This document shows, piece after piece, positions 29,167 to 39,946 of a stretch of DNA of 57,393 nucleotides. This DNA is from an uncultured Gammaproteobacteria bacterium (GTDB lineage: Bacteria > Pseudomonadota > Gammaproteobacteria > UBA4575): positions 1 through 57,393 of the forward strand of contig CALJEX010000037.1 in assembly GCA_938074525.1 (NCBI GenBank). Reading direction: 5' to 3'. Within the stretch, counting starts at the first letter, position 1. The number at the start of each line of letters is the position of its first letter. Under the pieces are notes generated by a model. It was given only the letters and a program-made list of their open reading frames with translations, was not told the origin of the DNA and searched no databases. A program made the position numbers and the translations under genes.

Positions 29167-29691
29167 ATGGCACGACAAACAACACGAAAAAAAACAAGAT
29201 CGGCTAAGACAAAGCCGTTACCAGGATGGATTTGGTTAATTACCGGTTTAGTCATCGGCTTAAGCGCGACGTTCCTTCCTTCTCTCAATGAGCAATACAA
29301 TACCAATCAAGCTACACAGGTAGAGCCAGAGAAAAGTTCAGTTGCCCCTGTCAGCAAAAGAACTTTTGATTTCTATACAATTCTTCCAGAACTTGAAGTA
29401 GTGGTAGATAAAGATGATCAACAGTCCTCAAGCTCTGATAACAAAAAACTCCCGGCGGGCAACTATGTTTTACAGGTAGGTTCCTTCAAGAGCAGTGACG
29501 AAGCAGATAGCCTAAAGGCACAACTAGCACTGATGGGTGTAGAAACAAATATTGAAACGGTAAAAGTAAATACTATCAACTGGCATCGCGTACGCGTTGG
29601 CCCAAGCAAAGATATCGACCAGCTACAAACCACTCAAAAACGCTTACGCGTTAAGAATATGGATTCAATCTTATTAAAAGTCCGTAGCTGA
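29167..29691 (+). CDS. SPOR-domain membrane protein (FtsN/DedD-like)
   Basis: 174 aa with an N-terminal basic segment plus TM, a linker, and a C-terminal SPOR domain (YVLQVGSFKSSDEADSLKAQLALMG...WHRVRVGP). Confidence 0.85.
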   Translation: MARQTTRKKTRSAKTKPLPGWIWLITGLVIGLSATFLPSLNEQYNTNQATQVEPEKSSVAPVSKRTFDFYTILPELEVVVDKDDQQSSSSDNKKLPAGNYVLQVGSFKSSDEADSLKAQLALMGVETNIETVKVNTINWHRVRVGPSKDIDQLQTTQKRLRVKNMDSILLKVRS

Positions 29692-29706
29692 TCTTATTTT
29701 CAATTG

Positions 29707-30348
29707 TTATTTAGCACACTTACAATCACATTCGGGCTCTACTGCCTGACTAGCCGCACTACCACTTTCAAGACGTTGGATTCTTTCTTCTAACTCTTGC
29801 ATGCGTTGCTTCTGCATAGCAACTTCAACTGAAGATAAATCTTTCACTGTAGCTACCTCTTTAACGTCTAGCCCCTCAATCCCCGCTTTAACTAAACTGC
29901 GCGCTTCTTTAGTTTTATGTGAATTTGGAGTAAATGCATTTTTACTATCCATAAGCTCGTAACTATTGTACTTACCTGACTGTTTAGTTTGTGTCACTAA
30001 GCGCACCATGGGTGCATTGCCAGAAATATCGGTTGAAGCAAGTTCTGAATAGCTTTCCCGGTGTAACACCTCATAAGCTTTATTACGCCGACTCCAAGAA
30101 ATCACAGAAAGAGCATTTTCGGTAAATACAATATGTCCTTTCTCACGATTACTGCCGCCACCAGCCAGAATTCCATGGCCTTTTTTATTAGGATAAAAAT
30201 AGACATTACTAGAAAGCAAAATAGACTCACTGTCATTTACCACTCCACTAGCACGCACTTTCTCAAAAAATTCTGCCTCATCGCCTGCCTGTGCAGAAAT
30301 GAAAATGCAGCTCAATAGCAAAAATATAATTGTGTAAATTCGATTCAT
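29707..30348 (-). CDS. hypothetical secreted protein with a coiled-coil and a Cys-rich tail
   Basis: 213 aa with a signal peptide (cleavage near AQA-GD). The C-terminus has a heptad-like stretch and ends CDCKCAK. Confidence 0.5.
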   Translation of the reverse strand: MNRIYTIIFLLLSCIFISAQAGDEAEFFEKVRASGVVNDSESILLSSNVYFYPNKKGHGILAGGGSNREKGHIVFTENALSVISWSRRNKAYEVLHRESYSELASTDISGNAPMVRLVTQTKQSGKYNSYELMDSKNAFTPNSHKTKEARSLVKAGIEGLDVKEVATVKDLSSVEVAMQKQRMQELEERIQRLESGSAASQAVEPECDCKCAK

Positions 30349-30596
30349 GTAATTTCCATATCCTTAAAAATATAATTAACTTTATTGCATCTAATTATAG
30401 GTGAAACCAAGTGTGCTTATAAGCAACTTAATTACTTCAAATTCCTACTATGCTAGAAAATATTCACACATTATTAATCTGGAAAATTGTTATGCGATTA
30501 TTCGCACCAATATAGTGCAAACAGGGTATATTTCGCTTTAATCATCGATTTAATGTGTATTATATTCTCCAAACATTAACCTATTTATTTCAGATT

Positions 30597-31628
30597 ATGC
30601 CGTTAGAAAATTATCCTGTTACTGCAGAAATTCAAGCACAGATCCCTAAATTTCAGGGATTAAAGCGCACCGAACTTATCGATCGTATTAAAGAGTTACT
30701 GGTCAAACAAAATGCAGTATTGGTAGCCCACTACTACACTCATGAAGACCTACAAGAAATTGCTGAAGACACTGGCGGCACCGTTTCCGATTCTCTTGAA
30801 ATGGCACGATTTGGAAATGAGCACCCAGCATCTACTTTAATTGTTGCCGGAGTAAAATTCATGGGTGAAACGGCTAAGATTTTAACCCCTGAAAAACGCG
30901 TTTTAATGCCTACTTTAGAAGCGACTTGCTCATTAGACTTAAGTTGCCCAGCTGACCAGTTCAATGAGTTTTGTAACCAGCACTCTGACCGCACTTCTGT
31001 AGTTTATGCAAACACTAGTGCCGCGGTGAAAGCGCGCGCAGATTGGGTGGTCACATCAAGTATTGCTGTACCTATCATTTCGCATTTAATGGACCAGGGT
31101 GAAAAGATACTTTGGGCACCTGATAAGCACCTTGGTCATTACCTACAAAAAGTCACCGGTGCCGATATGCTACTTTGGGATGGCTCATGTATTGTCCATG
31201 AAGAGTTCAAAGCACGTGCTTTAGGTGATGTCATTGAACAATATCCAGACGCCGCCGTACTAGTGCACCCTGAATCGCCGCAGGACGTCATTGAAATGGC
31301 CGATGTCGTCGGCTCAACCAGCGCTCTGATCAACGCTAGCCAGACTCTTAAGAACAAATCGTTTATCGTAGCGACTGATAACCGCATTTTTTACAAAATG
31401 AAGCAGTTAGCTCCGAATAAAACATTTATCGAAGCGCCCACTGCTGGCGAAGGCGCCACTTGTAAAAGTTGTGCTCATTGTCCATGGATGGCAATGAATG
31501 GATTACATAATTTATTACATGTATTAGAGACAGGTGAAAATGAAATATTTGTTGATGAAGATATTCGCAAAGCCGCGTATCGCTCTACTATGCGTATGCT
31601 CGACTTCGCCAAAAATCACAACAAATAG
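30597..31628 (+). CDS. nadA: quinolinate synthase NadA
   Basis: Motifs [14 protein letters not shown], Fe-S cysteines, and VHPES...GST. ATG 30597 is the likely start. Confidence 0.93.
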   Translation: MPLENYPVTAEIQAQIPKFQGLKRTELIDRIKELLVKQNAVLVAHYYTHEDLQEIAEDTGGTVSDSLEMARFGNEHPASTLIVAGVKFMGETAKILTPEKRVLMPTLEATCSLDLSCPADQFNEFCNQHSDRTSVVYANTSAAVKARADWVVTSSIAVPIISHLMDQGEKILWAPDKHLGHYLQKVTGADMLLWDGSCIVHEEFKARALGDVIEQYPDAAVLVHPESPQDVIEMADVVGSTSALINASQTLKNKSFIVATDNRIFYKMKQLAPNKTFIEAPTAGEGATCKSCAHCPWMAMNGLHNLLHVLETGENEIFVDEDIRKAAYRSTMRMLDFAKNHNK

Positions 31629-31676
31629 CATTTCAAATCTGCAAAGCAGTATCACCTTTTTGAGCAGGGAATTCTC

Positions 31677-32876
31677 ATGGCAGTAGCTAACGCTCCGACA
31701 CTCATCAGCGAAAGACAACCACTTACGTTGCCGCAATTTGTTGGCCTGATAAAAAAACTATCTCCCGCCAAAATTGCGCAATTACCATTAGATATTATTC
31801 CAACTAATATCCCGGCTGATGTTGCTGAACATGCACCGGCAGCTTCGCGCGCAGCGGTTGAAGATTTGTTGATGACTATCAATTCTGCTCATCTTAAAAA
31901 GCGTATTGCTGACGTTGAAAATTATGGTGAAGAAATCGTCGGTGCAATGGATAAAGCTAAAACTAGCTGCACGTCTAATACACTACGTGTATTCAAAAAT
32001 AAAATTTTAACTCTTATTGAGCTATTACAAGTCTCTAAGAAAGAAGACAAAGCTATTCCCGAGCAGAATCTAGTTAGCCAGTTATCTTCTATCAATAACC
32101 TATTAATTGACGTTCGCAGCGAAAGTTACTCTATGGTAACGACACTTGATACTTTATGTGCTGTAAAACCTAATTCAGAAAATGATTCTAAAAGATTTGA
32201 AGCTTTAATTAAACGCATTAAAACTGCTGTCACCGTGACTGAGAATACTTTGGGCGAGTACTATATTCTGCGCCTAAAATTATTATCTAAAATAATCTCA
32301 GAAAAGAAAAAGAATATCGAGGCACATGAGGAAACCTCCTCAGAACATAAAAAAGAGTTGGCGATCCTAAGAGAAGAATTAGACAAAACTAAAGGCCTAT
32401 GGAATCGTACCATCAAAAGGAAATCTACACTCGCCGAAGAAGAAATTGTTCAAAACAGAATTCAAGAATTGATCAACGAGATCAATCAAAGTGAAACTGT
32501 TATCTCAGAAAATGATTTAATTCTATGGCTAGATACTATTGTTGACGCAAGCTTAAGCCAACGCTCACAAGCACGAGTTGCAAAGTCATTGCGCACGGCT
32601 AGAATTTCTCTTTATTACTTATTAAATCGTTTCTGCAAGGGGCAAGAAGAATCAGCAATACAAATTGCTCAAAACCCCTTCATTCAAGTTGACCCTGAAC
32701 AGGCTATTCGCTACATGCTAATGTCTGAGCAATTCATTTTGGATTACTTCATGAAGAAGAAAAACGAAAAAACGGCTTGGCTAAGTGGCGCAGCTGAAAA
32801 TAAAATCGCAGAACTTGATAGCCTACAGAAAGAAATTTTAGCCGAATTGAAACGTGCGACGCGAGGAATTCTGTAG
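31677..32876 (+). CDS. hypothetical protein, largely alpha-helical/coiled-coil
   Basis: 399-aa ORF with coding-like composition and no motif I recognise. Confidence 0.5.
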   Translation: MAVANAPTLISERQPLTLPQFVGLIKKLSPAKIAQLPLDIIPTNIPADVAEHAPAASRAAVEDLLMTINSAHLKKRIADVENYGEEIVGAMDKAKTSCTSNTLRVFKNKILTLIELLQVSKKEDKAIPEQNLVSQLSSINNLLIDVRSESYSMVTTLDTLCAVKPNSENDSKRFEALIKRIKTAVTVTENTLGEYYILRLKLLSKIISEKKKNIEAHEETSSEHKKELAILREELDKTKGLWNRTIKRKSTLAEEEIVQNRIQELINEINQSETVISENDLILWLDTIVDASLSQRSQARVAKSLRTARISLYYLLNRFCKGQEESAIQIAQNPFIQVDPEQAIRYMLMSEQFILDYFMKKKNEKTAWLSGAAENKIAELDSLQKEILAELKRATRGIL

Positions 32877-32877
32877 C

Positions 32878-33123
32878 TTATACAGATACGTGTAACTCAC
32901 GTGGCAATTGAAGGTAAAAACCAATACCAGACAAATTGCTTTTCACTTCCTCTATATCTGCATTTTCAAGTCGCTTAATTTTTGTTAAATCCAGCTCCAT
33001 TACAAACTCTAAACGCCCCAAAAGTTTATCCAACCCTTCGGGTAGCTCATTTAACTTGTCTTCTTCAGCAAGATATAGATAGGTATCAGTTTTTTTAGCA
33101 CTGCGGTAAATAAAGCACTGCAT
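32878..33123 (-). CDS. ycgL: YcgL-domain protein
   Basis: 81 aa. CFIYRSAKKTDTYLYL...ADIEEVKSNL...GFYLQLP parallels E. coli YcgL. Confidence 0.85.
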   Translation of the reverse strand: MQCFIYRSAKKTDTYLYLAEEDKLNELPEGLDKLLGRLEFVMELDLTKIKRLENADIEEVKSNLSGIGFYLQLPRELHVSV

Positions 33124-33125
33124 GA

Positions 33126-34112
33126 CTACTGCCCATTAACATTATCTAATAATTTAGTATCATCCACTATTTCTTCGACTTTCTTGAGTACTTCATCTTC
33201 AATAGTAGGCTCATCTGGTGCAATTGTTGGCAGTGCTTCTGAACCTGGCTGTTGTCCAATTGCATTGATAGGAACATCACTTACAGTAGCATCACCCTCA
33301 ATAACATCTGGGACTTGTATAGGCTGTGTATCTTCTTCCAACAACATCTCAGTCTCTACGGTTGGTTCCTGCTGATCTATAGCAGGCTCATCACCGGAGA
33401 CAGACTCTGGCTCTTCTGACACATACAATTTCTCACCTTCCACCAGTCTTACCGCCACCGATTGAATCTGTTCATTTTTATAACTTAAACCAAGACTGCC
33501 CCCATTCACCTCAGCTTCAACAATCAAGCTATCATCAACAATCTCGGTTAGCTTACCCTCTACCACATTACCATCTAACATGGTGACTCTTACACGCTTA
33601 TTGATTGCATGGATACGCTCATTATCTTTTACTAATTCATATCGCGCGGCGGGTGCAGCTTGACGCACTACCTGATTAATTTTTTCAGGCACAATTTCTT
33701 TGGTCTCTAATTGCTCGTATTCACTTCCAGTCAATAGAGGATCATAGTTCTCTGCAACGGATTCAGCCGCAGTATCGGCCTGCTGTTGATTAGATAGGGG
33801 AGTATCTTCTGGTGGTGCTATTTTATCTTCAAGCACTTGGACTACTTCATGATCTTGCAGAAAAGGAAGCTGTGATAATACTCCGCCAGATACACTGACT
33901 AACAATGTGAGTAAACCAATAATAAGAATGTAAAGGGCTTTACGAACGTTCAGCGATGACCAATGAAACAGGATATGAGCCAGAAGTGGCAATATCAATA
34001 CTAAACTGATGATCGCCCATAATTTCTTTGACTGGAACGAGTCTAAAAACAGCATAAAAATTGCTGTAACAATAAGCACTACGCCTATCCAAAATAAACC
34101 CAGTTCAAGCAT
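33126..34112 (-). CDS. hypothetical membrane protein (3 N-terminal TM helices, acidic C-terminal region)
   Basis: 328-aa ORF. Its start is 4 nt from the speA stop and it appears co-oriented in an operon with ycgL. Confidence 0.55.
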   Translation of the reverse strand: MLELGLFWIGVVLIVTAIFMLFLDSFQSKKLWAIISLVLILPLLAHILFHWSSLNVRKALYILIIGLLTLLVSVSGGVLSQLPFLQDHEVVQVLEDKIAPPEDTPLSNQQQADTAAESVAENYDPLLTGSEYEQLETKEIVPEKINQVVRQAAPAARYELVKDNERIHAINKRVRVTMLDGNVVEGKLTEIVDDSLIVEAEVNGGSLGLSYKNEQIQSVAVRLVEGEKLYVSEEPESVSGDEPAIDQQEPTVETEMLLEEDTQPIQVPDVIEGDATVSDVPINAIGQQPGSEALPTIAPDEPTIEDEVLKKVEEIVDDTKLLDNVNGQ

Positions 34113-34116
34113 GTTT

Positions 34117-36021
34117 CTACCTTTTAATTCTATGTGCTGGTCGATCGATTGAATCTAGGTAAGTATACCCAAACAATGCATTTTTTATCTCATCGATCAT
34201 TCCACTAATCGGCACACTACTAGTGCCCATCTGACCAAGACGCTGCTGGCAACGATCGATGATCTGCCTTCCTTCGAGATGTATACTATTGAGTATTTCA
34301 TCAACACAATCACCTATCTCGACTTCAGTAAATTTTAACTGCCCCTGCTCATCTTGTTCCACATTGAGGGCATGTGTATCACCAAATAAATTATGTATAT
34401 CGCCTAATACTTCTTGATAAGCTCCCAGCAGAAAAAAACCAAGTAAGTATTCCTGATGATCGCCATTTAACTCATGCAATAGCAAGTGATCTTCTAATTT
34501 TCCATCCACCGCATATTGCGAAATCTGTCCATCCGAATCACAGGTCAAATCATGTAATCGTGTTTTCATTGTTGGCTGTTGATTTAACTTCATTAATGGC
34601 GCAATAGGAAAAATTTGACCCAAGCCCCACACGTCAGGCATAGATTGAAATATTGAAAAATTACAATAGTACTTATCAATAGCGCTGGAAGCATTAACCC
34701 CTTCACTCACTCCAGATACATTAGCAGTAACACTGCATCGGCGCAAAATCGCTTCTGCCCACGCACGTTGTTCTAAACCAACCTCGCCGGTTAAAAACTT
34801 ATCATTGAGTAACGCTTCAAATGCATCGACTTGCTGACATTCAATAATTTTATTATCACTCATTAATTGGGCTAATTTTTTACCTGACTCATGCAACTCC
34901 TGATTTCCACCACTAATACCAGCATCCGATTGACTGAAATAATGATGATTTTCTACTTCCAACACATTAGTGATTAACATAGCATGATGAGCTGTTATCG
35001 CTCGTCCATTCTCAGTCACCACAGTTGGCAGAGGCAGTTTTTTAATTTCACAGAAATGATTAATTGTATTCACTACTGTGTTCGCATAATCCTGCATTGA
35101 ATATGCTTTTGAGAAATAGCTGGTATCATTTTTTGCAGCATAGTCAACGGCAAGACCACCTCCAACATCTATGTAGCCAGGCTTAAACCCACGAGAAATC
35201 ACTTCTGCATATATACACATGGCTTCGCTTAAACCTACTGTGAATTCTTCTAGGTTTGAAATTTGAGAACCCATATGAAAATGCACCAAATGCAGCCAAT
35301 CACGACAATTCCATTGTTTAAGCTGCCTCAAACATAACAAAATATCTCTGGCATCAAGCCCAAACTTTGCATCTCTTCCACCCGAGTTTTGCCAGTTGCC
35401 GCTAGCTACACTGTTAATACGAACACGCACACCTAACTTCGGCGCAACATCCATAGCCAGACTTTCTTGCTTAATAATTTCTAGCTCGGACAAATTTTCA
35501 ACGACTATAAATACATCTATTCCCATTAGCTGTGCATACAGAGCTATACGGATATAAGCACGATCTTTATAACCATTGCATATCAATTTACCTTGATCTA
35601 TATCTAACAGGCCCAAAGCAACTAATAGTTCTGTTTTACTACCAACTTCCAGCCCGATATTGTTAATGTCACTGGATAAAATTTTCTCAATGACAGTACG
35701 TTGTTGATTAACTTTAATCGGATAGTAAGGGATATGGTTTAATCGACAGCCAGCATTATTAGCAGCACGCATAAATGCATTATCTAATTCTTCCACGCGC
35801 GCTTGAAGAATTTGTGGAAACCTAATCAGCACTGGCAATGACAAATCACGTGCACGTATTTCTTCAGCTACTTCAACTAAGTCAATATTGGTTTGTTTAT
35901 TTGGGTTTGCGACCATATGCCCTTGGTCATTAACACCAAAATAACCTTCACTCCAGACAGGAATATTGTAGAATTCCTGCGCTCGCTTTAGCGTCCAATC
36001 TGGATTATCAGAATTAGCCAT
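34117..36021 (-). CDS. speA: biosynthetic arginine decarboxylase
   Basis: 634 aa. Has YNIPVWSEGYF, a PLP-site region and C-terminal ...GAYQE.LG..HNLFG. Confidence 0.94.
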   Translation of the reverse strand: MANSDNPDWTLKRAQEFYNIPVWSEGYFGVNDQGHMVANPNKQTNIDLVEVAEEIRARDLSLPVLIRFPQILQARVEELDNAFMRAANNAGCRLNHIPYYPIKVNQQRTVIEKILSSDINNIGLEVGSKTELLVALGLLDIDQGKLICNGYKDRAYIRIALYAQLMGIDVFIVVENLSELEIIKQESLAMDVAPKLGVRVRINSVASGNWQNSGGRDAKFGLDARDILLCLRQLKQWNCRDWLHLVHFHMGSQISNLEEFTVGLSEAMCIYAEVISRGFKPGYIDVGGGLAVDYAAKNDTSYFSKAYSMQDYANTVVNTINHFCEIKKLPLPTVVTENGRAITAHHAMLITNVLEVENHHYFSQSDAGISGGNQELHESGKKLAQLMSDNKIIECQQVDAFEALLNDKFLTGEVGLEQRAWAEAILRRCSVTANVSGVSEGVNASSAIDKYYCNFSIFQSMPDVWGLGQIFPIAPLMKLNQQPTMKTRLHDLTCDSDGQISQYAVDGKLEDHLLLHELNGDHQEYLLGFFLLGAYQEVLGDIHNLFGDTHALNVEQDEQGQLKFTEVEIGDCVDEILNSIHLEGRQIIDRCQQRLGQMGTSSVPISGMIDEIKNALFGYTYLDSIDRPAHRIKR

Positions 36022-36070
36022 ATTTTTATTAATACACTTAATTTATTTAGAAATTTTTACAATTAAAATC

Positions 36071-36922
36071 ATGGAAATACAAAACACAGATTCTACTTGG
36101 TTTACAGAGAGTGCTACCGAAATTGGCACTGCTTTCTCATTAGCCACGTCTAGTTTGCTTCACCAAGAAAAGTCAGCTTACCAAAACATAGAAATATACC
36201 AGACAAAAACGTTTGGTAACTTAATGGTACTTGATGGCTTTATTATGTTGTCGACTCGCGACAATTTCTTATATCACGAAATGATGAGTCACCCTGCGCT
36301 TTTTAGTCATTCCCATCCTAAGCACGTCGCCATTGTTGGAGGAGGAGACTGCGGCACACTTCAACAGGTGGCCCAGCATAGTTGTGTTGAAAAAATCACC
36401 CAAATTGAAATTGATGAACGTGTTACTCGTGTATCCGAGCAATATTTTCCAGAATTATGTACATCTAATCACGATCCACGTGTTAATTTCGAATTTTGTG
36501 ATGCCATTGAATGGATGCGCGATGCACATGCGGACAGTATTGATATTATTATCGTCGACAGTACTGACCCTATCGGCCCCGCAGAAGGTTTATTCCGAAA
36601 ACAATTTTATCAATATTGCAGGTCTGCGCTCACTGATAACGGCTTAGTCATTCAACAAAGTGAATCGCCTATTGCACATTGGGAGTCAATTACTAAGCCC
36701 ATGCATCATGAAATGCAGGCCGCTGGCTTCAAACAAACCAAAACATTGTTCTTCCCTCAACCTGTCTATCCTACGGGCTGGTGGTCAGCCACGATGGCAG
36801 CCAAGAATGATATTCACTTAGTCCGTGACCACGATGCTAAGCAATTAAATTTTGATACAAAATATTATAACTATGATATTCATTTATCCGCTTTTGCTAT
36901 GCCATCTTTTTTAAAGACATAA
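36071..36922 (+). CDS. speE: polyamine aminopropyltransferase (spermidine synthase)
   Basis: 283 aa with YHEMM.H, the IVGGGDCG SAM site and DSTDPIGPAEGLF. Confidence 0.93.
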   Translation: MEIQNTDSTWFTESATEIGTAFSLATSSLLHQEKSAYQNIEIYQTKTFGNLMVLDGFIMLSTRDNFLYHEMMSHPALFSHSHPKHVAIVGGGDCGTLQQVAQHSCVEKITQIEIDERVTRVSEQYFPELCTSNHDPRVNFEFCDAIEWMRDAHADSIDIIIVDSTDPIGPAEGLFRKQFYQYCRSALTDNGLVIQQSESPIAHWESITKPMHHEMQAAGFKQTKTLFFPQPVYPTGWWSATMAAKNDIHLVRDHDAKQLNFDTKYYNYDIHLSAFAMPSFLKT

Positions 36923-36928
36923 AAAAAA

Positions 36929-36954
36929 GCGCCCTTTGCGTTAGCAAGGGGCGC
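36929..36954 (-). terminator. rho-independent terminator (amtB operon end, shared with speE)
   Basis: Stem GCGCCCTTTGC / GCAAGGGGCGC with the loop GTTA. On the minus strand it is followed by TTTTTTTT. Confidence 0.75.
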
Positions 36955-36988
36955 CCAAGGTTGGCACACTTAAATACCAGGAGTAAAA

Positions 36989-38236
36989 CTATTTATTAAC
37001 AAACTCTGGATAAGCTTCCATACCGCACTCTGCGATATCAACACCTTCCATTTCATCTTCCTCGCTTACACGGATTCCGATGACTAGCTTGATAATGAAC
37101 CATGCGATCATTGCTACAATAAATGTCCAAGCAAAGATGACTAGTGCTCCGTAAAGTTGAGTACCTATAGATGCATCAGAGTTTGAGAATACTACTGCGA
37201 TTAATCCCCAAAGACCCGCAACACCGTGTACTGAGATAGCCCCGACAGGATCATCTAGTTTGAATTTATCTAAAGTGATAATGCTAAACACCACAATAAT
37301 TCCACCGATTGCACCGATAATCGTTGCTAATAATGGTGTTGGTGTTAACGGCTCAGCGGTGATCGATACCAATCCTGCTAGCGCACCGTTTAAAGTCATT
37401 GAAAGATCGGCTTTACCAAACATCAGCTTCGCTGTAAGTAGTGCTGCAATCACACCACCCGCTGCTGCTGCATTGGTATTAACAAATATAAGTGCAACTG
37501 CATTAGCCTCAGCGACATTAGATACGATCAATTCAGATCCACCATTGAATCCAAACCAGCCTAACCAAAGTATGAATGTTCCCAACGTAGCTAGTGGCAT
37601 GTTAGCGCCTGGCATAGCAACTGCTCGACCATCTTTGCTGTAACGCCCTTTACGAGCACCCAGTAGAATGACACCAGCAAGTGCTGCTGTTGCACCACAC
37701 AAGTGAACCACGCCTGATCCTGCAAAGTCTAAGAATCCAGCTGCGTCTAAGAAACCACCGCCCCACTTCCAGAAACCTTGAACTGGGTAGATGAAACCAC
37801 ACATAACGATTGCAAATATTAAGAACGCCCATAACTTCATACGTTCCGCAACGGCACCTGAAACAATCGACATCGCAGTCGCTACAAACACTACTTGGAA
37901 GAAGAAATCAGACAGACCCGAATAATAGGTATCGCCGCCACTGGCGATTACATCGGCTGCTGAATTATCTGAATTACCTAAAATATCAAGCGCAAACGGC
38001 CACCAAGTGCTCTCTGTGCCGCTATACATGATGTTGTAACCCATCAGCATATACATGACCGATGCAATTGAATACAACGCAATATTTTTGGTTAAAATTT
38101 CGACTGTACTTTTAGAACGTACCAGTCCCGCTTCAAGCATGGCAAAGCCAGCTGCCATCCACATTACAAATGCACCCATCACTAGAAAATAAAACGTATC
38201 CAGTGCGTATGCTAATTCTATTACTTGATTTTCCAC
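36989..38236 (-). CDS. amtB: ammonium transporter AmtB
   Basis: 415 aa and polytopic. Has DFAGSGVVH and the conserved twin-His region (VHGVAG.WG). Confidence 0.94.
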   Translation of the reverse strand: MENQVIELAYALDTFYFLVMGAFVMWMAAGFAMLEAGLVRSKSTVEILTKNIALYSIASVMYMLMGYNIMYSGTESTWWPFALDILGNSDNSAADVIASGGDTYYSGLSDFFFQVVFVATAMSIVSGAVAERMKLWAFLIFAIVMCGFIYPVQGFWKWGGGFLDAAGFLDFAGSGVVHLCGATAALAGVILLGARKGRYSKDGRAVAMPGANMPLATLGTFILWLGWFGFNGGSELIVSNVAEANAVALIFVNTNAAAAGGVIAALLTAKLMFGKADLSMTLNGALAGLVSITAEPLTPTPLLATIIGAIGGIIVVFSIITLDKFKLDDPVGAISVHGVAGLWGLIAVVFSNSDASIGTQLYGALVIFAWTFIVAMIAWFIIKLVIGIRVSEEDEMEGVDIAECGMEAYPEFVNK

Positions 38237-38266
38237 AATTCCCTCCTAATTCAATAGGTGTTATTT

Positions 38267-38629
<363 letters not shown>

Positions 38630-38786
38630 TTATTTAGAGATGAGGTCTCTCTATCTTTATCTCTCAAAGTTGTAGGGTTGAAATTTTTAAACCAATAAAA
38701 ATCTGCGTTCTTCCTGAAAGCTCCCTGCATATAGTTGAGGCCTGCTAGACAAACCTCAACTATGACTGCTTTGAGATATGTACTAA

Positions 38787-39488
38787 TTAAATGACATCAA
38801 ATCCCCAGCTTATTGATACATAAGCTTCAGTTTCATCGTCATCAGAATTAACTGATGTGCCATCTGTGAAGTCATAATGATGGACAACTGCACCAGTGAC
38901 TTCTAAACCGCCTATTTCCATGGTGTAACCAACTTCAAAATATTCTCCAAGCGAATCTTCAGCATCATCACCAAATGTTCCATAGGTCGCATATGCACCC
39001 GCATAACCGACAGTTAAGGCTATGAAGTCATATTCATCACCAGTGTCTCCATCGTCATCTGTAAATTCACCATCATATTCACCAGTCGTATATTCAAGAT
39101 CTAACGATACATCTCCGAATGAACCACCTGCATAAAAATTGATTTCATTGTAGTCGTCATCAAAGTCATCAGAATATTGGTATGTTGTATAACCGGCACC
39201 TAGGTAGAATCCACTTTCAAATTCATAAACATAGCCAGCATAAAGATCGTACTCAATCCCTTCGTCTACATCAGCGAGCCATGTACCTGCATAAAAACCC
39301 ATATACTCAACATCAAGACCACCATTACCTACTCCGCTGCTTTGTGTGATTCCTCTGAAGATATAGTCGGATAAAATGCCAGCATTTCCAGTCAAAATTG
39401 CGTCATCAGCAATAGAGGTTACTGGTGCAACTAACATTGATGATGCAACTGCTGCGCTCCCTAATAAGCTAGTAATTTTTTTGTTCAT
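38787..39488 (-). CDS. TorF/gcw_chp-family outer-membrane beta-barrel porin
   Basis: 233 aa with a signal peptide, SDYIFRGITQS near the N-terminus, alternating beta-strand pattern and an aromatic C-terminus. Confidence 0.75.
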   Translation of the reverse strand: MNKKITSLLGSAAVASSMLVAPVTSIADDAILTGNAGILSDYIFRGITQSSGVGNGGLDVEYMGFYAGTWLADVDEGIEYDLYAGYVYEFESGFYLGAGYTTYQYSDDFDDDYNEINFYAGGSFGDVSLDLEYTTGEYDGEFTDDDGDTGDEYDFIALTVGYAGAYATYGTFGDDAEDSLGEYFEVGYTMEIGGLEVTGAVVHHYDFTDGTSVNSDDDETEAYVSISWGFDVI

Positions 39489-39539
39489 TTATTATTTCTC
39501 CGTTAAAAATTATTCTGTAAATTTACACTTAGATGAGAA

Positions 39540-39555
39540 TGCACATCCCATGCCA
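39540..39555 (-). promoter_or_regulatory. sigma-54 (-24/-12) promoter for porin-glnK-amtB
   Basis: The minus strand reads TGGCATGGGATGTGCA, against the consensus TGGCACG-N4-TTGCA. GG and GC are correctly spaced. Lies about 50 nt upstream of the porin start. Confidence 0.65.
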
Positions 39556-39627
39556 CCAAATTATTCACTTATGTAACAATAACTTATATTAATTTTTCAA
39601 ATATATGCACCGATATAAACGGCAATA

Positions 39628-39665
39628 AGCACCGGTTTAGCGCATAGGCGCACTAAATAAGTGCG
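39628..39665. promoter_or_regulatory. two NtrC-like enhancer palindromes
   Basis: AGCACCGGTTTAGCGCA (39628-39644) and CGCACTAAATAAGTGCG (39649-39665), against the consensus TGCACC-N5-GGTGCA. They lie 75-125 bp upstream of the sigma-54 element. Confidence 0.5.
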
Positions 39666-39703
39666 ATATAGACTTGAGCGTTGTTTTCTACTAATTTGTG
39701 GTC

Positions 39704-39946
39704 ATGAAAATTAATCCAAAACACATTGATGAAACCATCGCCAAACTAAAAGACCTTTTGCCAGGCGACATTAGTGACTTCAAAAATACTGGCGAGCAAA
39801 AGCTCAAATTGGTGTTAGAAGGCATGTTGCAGAAACTGGATATGGTCTCTAGAGAGGAATACGATGTACAGGCTGAAGTGCTACAACGCACACGCCAACG
39901 CCTAGAACAACTAGAACAACGCATCGCTCTATTAGAAAAAGACTAA
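39704..39946 (+). CDS. ubiK: ubiquinone biosynthesis accessory factor UbiK (YqiC/BMFP family)
   Basis: About 80 aa. Has ...LQKLDMVSREEYDVQAEVLQRTRQRLEQLEQRIALLE, a coiled coil typical of UbiK. Confidence 0.85.
   Translation: MKINPKHIDETIAKLKDLLPGDISDFKNTGEQKLKLVLEGMLQKLDMVSREEYDVQAEVLQRTRQRLEQLEQRIALLEKD

Noticed and set aside
37260-37643. 127-aa plus-strand ORF.
   Set aside because: It is antisense to amtB and mirrors the Gly/Ala-rich transmembrane coding sequence.
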